This document shows, in pieces, positions 63,069-64,000 of a DNA stretch of 64,000 nucleotides. A program made the translations under genes and the position numbers. This DNA is from a virus: the IMG/VR virus record IMGVR_UViG_3300003465_000003, positions 35,794 to 99,793 of that record, one strand, 5' to 3'. The notes under the pieces were generated by a model, which searched no databases, was not told the DNA's origin, and saw nothing but the letters and a program-made list of their open reading frames with translations. Numbering within the stretch: the first letter of the stretch is position 1; the number at the start of each line of letters is the position of its first letter.

Positions 63069-64000
63069 ATGGCAGTTTCTTCATTTCGCAATTTTAGTTC
63101 GCGGCTACGCGCAGACGGGTTCGTATTCCGCAAGTATCAGAAGCTAGGGCTTCGAGTAATCAACAAGACTGGTAGCAGCATTGCTAAGGACAAGCTTGTT
63201 GCAGTAGTTGGTTACGATACGACAGCGGACCTTCCTAAGGTTGTTCTAGCGGACGCAGACGTTAATACACATGTAGATGTGTGGGTAACTCTGGCAGCTA
63301 TCGCTAACAACGCAGAAGGTTTTGTTTACAAGGGTGGACTTTCAGCGGCCAACCTAGATACAAACTCCGCAAGCGCAGCAGGCGATCCTGTTTATCTGAG
63401 CACAACTGCAGGCGCGTTCACGAATACAGCCCCAACAGGCGCTGATGACCGTGTTCTACCCGTAGGCTGGGTAGTCGCCAAGAGCGCGACAGTAGGTCAG
63501 ATCCATTGGAACGTAGGCGTCCCGGAGAAGTGGGGCGAGGACGTATTCCAGAGCGGCATGGCTATCGCTTCTCCAGTTATGACTGGATTCGTGACAAACG
63601 CTACCGCAGCGACATTAGCAGTGGATCCCGCAGTTCATGGCGGGCGTATCGTTACCTTGAATAAGGCAGACGGTATTACAGTGACCATGCCGGCGGCAAC
63701 AGGTTCTGGAAACGTTTACCAGTTCATCGTTGGGACTACCGCTACATCAAACCAGTACCGCTTCAACGTTACTGGCAACGACGCTTATTTTGGTCAGATA
63801 GAAATTCTGGATCTTGACGCAGCAGCACAGGCGTCCTACGCAGCAGGCTCTGACGCGGACCAGATTGATCTTAATGGTACGACTAAGGGTGGAGTAAAGG
63901 GCGATTGGCTGACATTTGTGGATATCGCAACAGACACGTGGCACGTTCGCGGTTTGCTGCAGTGCCCAGCAGGTAGCAACCCAGCAACACCGTTCGCAAC
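63069..64000 (+). CDS. Virion structural protein (head fibre/decoration-like), runs off the window
   Basis: GGAG RBS, ATG 63069 (MAVSSFRNF...), Ala/Gly/Thr-rich; absent from the ORF track, probably because it has no stop in the window. Confidence 0.55.
   Translation, partial: MAVSSFRNFSSRLRADGFVFRKYQKLGLRVINKTGSSIAKDKLVAVVGYDTTADLPKVVLADADVNTHVDVWVTLAAIANNAEGFVYKGGLSAANLDTNSASAAGDPVYLSTTAGAFTNTAPTGADDRVLPVGWVVAKSATVGQIHWNVGVPEKWGEDVFQSGMAIASPVMTGFVTNATAATLAVDPAVHGGRIVTLNKADGITVTMPAATGSGNVYQFIVGTTATSNQYRFNVTGNDAYFGQIEILDLDAAAQASYAAGSDADQIDLNGTTKGGVKGDWLTFVDIATDTWHVRGLLQCPAGSNPATPFA

Noticed and set aside
1-64000. Genome-wide stop-codon reassignment suggested by the UUA tRNA and RF-like gene
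   Set aside because: Conserved genes are full length in the standard code, and TAA, TAG and TGA all occur as terminators

Overview
The window is part of a large tailed dsDNA phage genome (Caudoviricetes-like); no integrase or host genes are visible. From about 46,900 down to 1, genes are densely packed on the minus strand. They include replication/recombination genes (UDG, SSAP plus exonuclease, Hjc-type resolvase, AAA_25 helicase), an RNA repair and translation-rescue toolkit (PNK/phosphatase, two metallophosphoesterases, RlaP-type nucleotidyltransferase, RNA ligase, Pth2, a release-factor-domain protein with GGS in place of GGQ, Ro60/TROVE), and a phiEco32-type amidoligase/ATP-grasp/GATase cluster. 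Upstream of Ro60 is an array of small ORFs alternating with non-coding RNAs: three Y-RNA-like RNAs (one a classic tRNA-mimicking YrlA), an 85-nt tmRNA-like RNA with only the tRNA-like domain, a degenerate tRNA, and two unassigned multi-stem RNAs. A GC-rich divergent block (about 46.9-52.5 kb) carries a DUF3631 protein and most copies of a repeated GTGTTGCNGTGTTGCG motif. From 52.9 kb the plus strand carries the morphogenesis module (TerS, TerL, portal, HU/IHF, scaffold, MCP, decoration), with tRNA and tRNA-like elements between head genes. Four free-standing HNH endonucleases share a sigma70 promoter followed directly by CATT-ATG. Two of them sit antisense inside the first codons of a phage gene, and their promoter DNA appears to encode a replacement N-terminus for that gene. 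All calls come from motif recognition and hand folding; no database searches were run.
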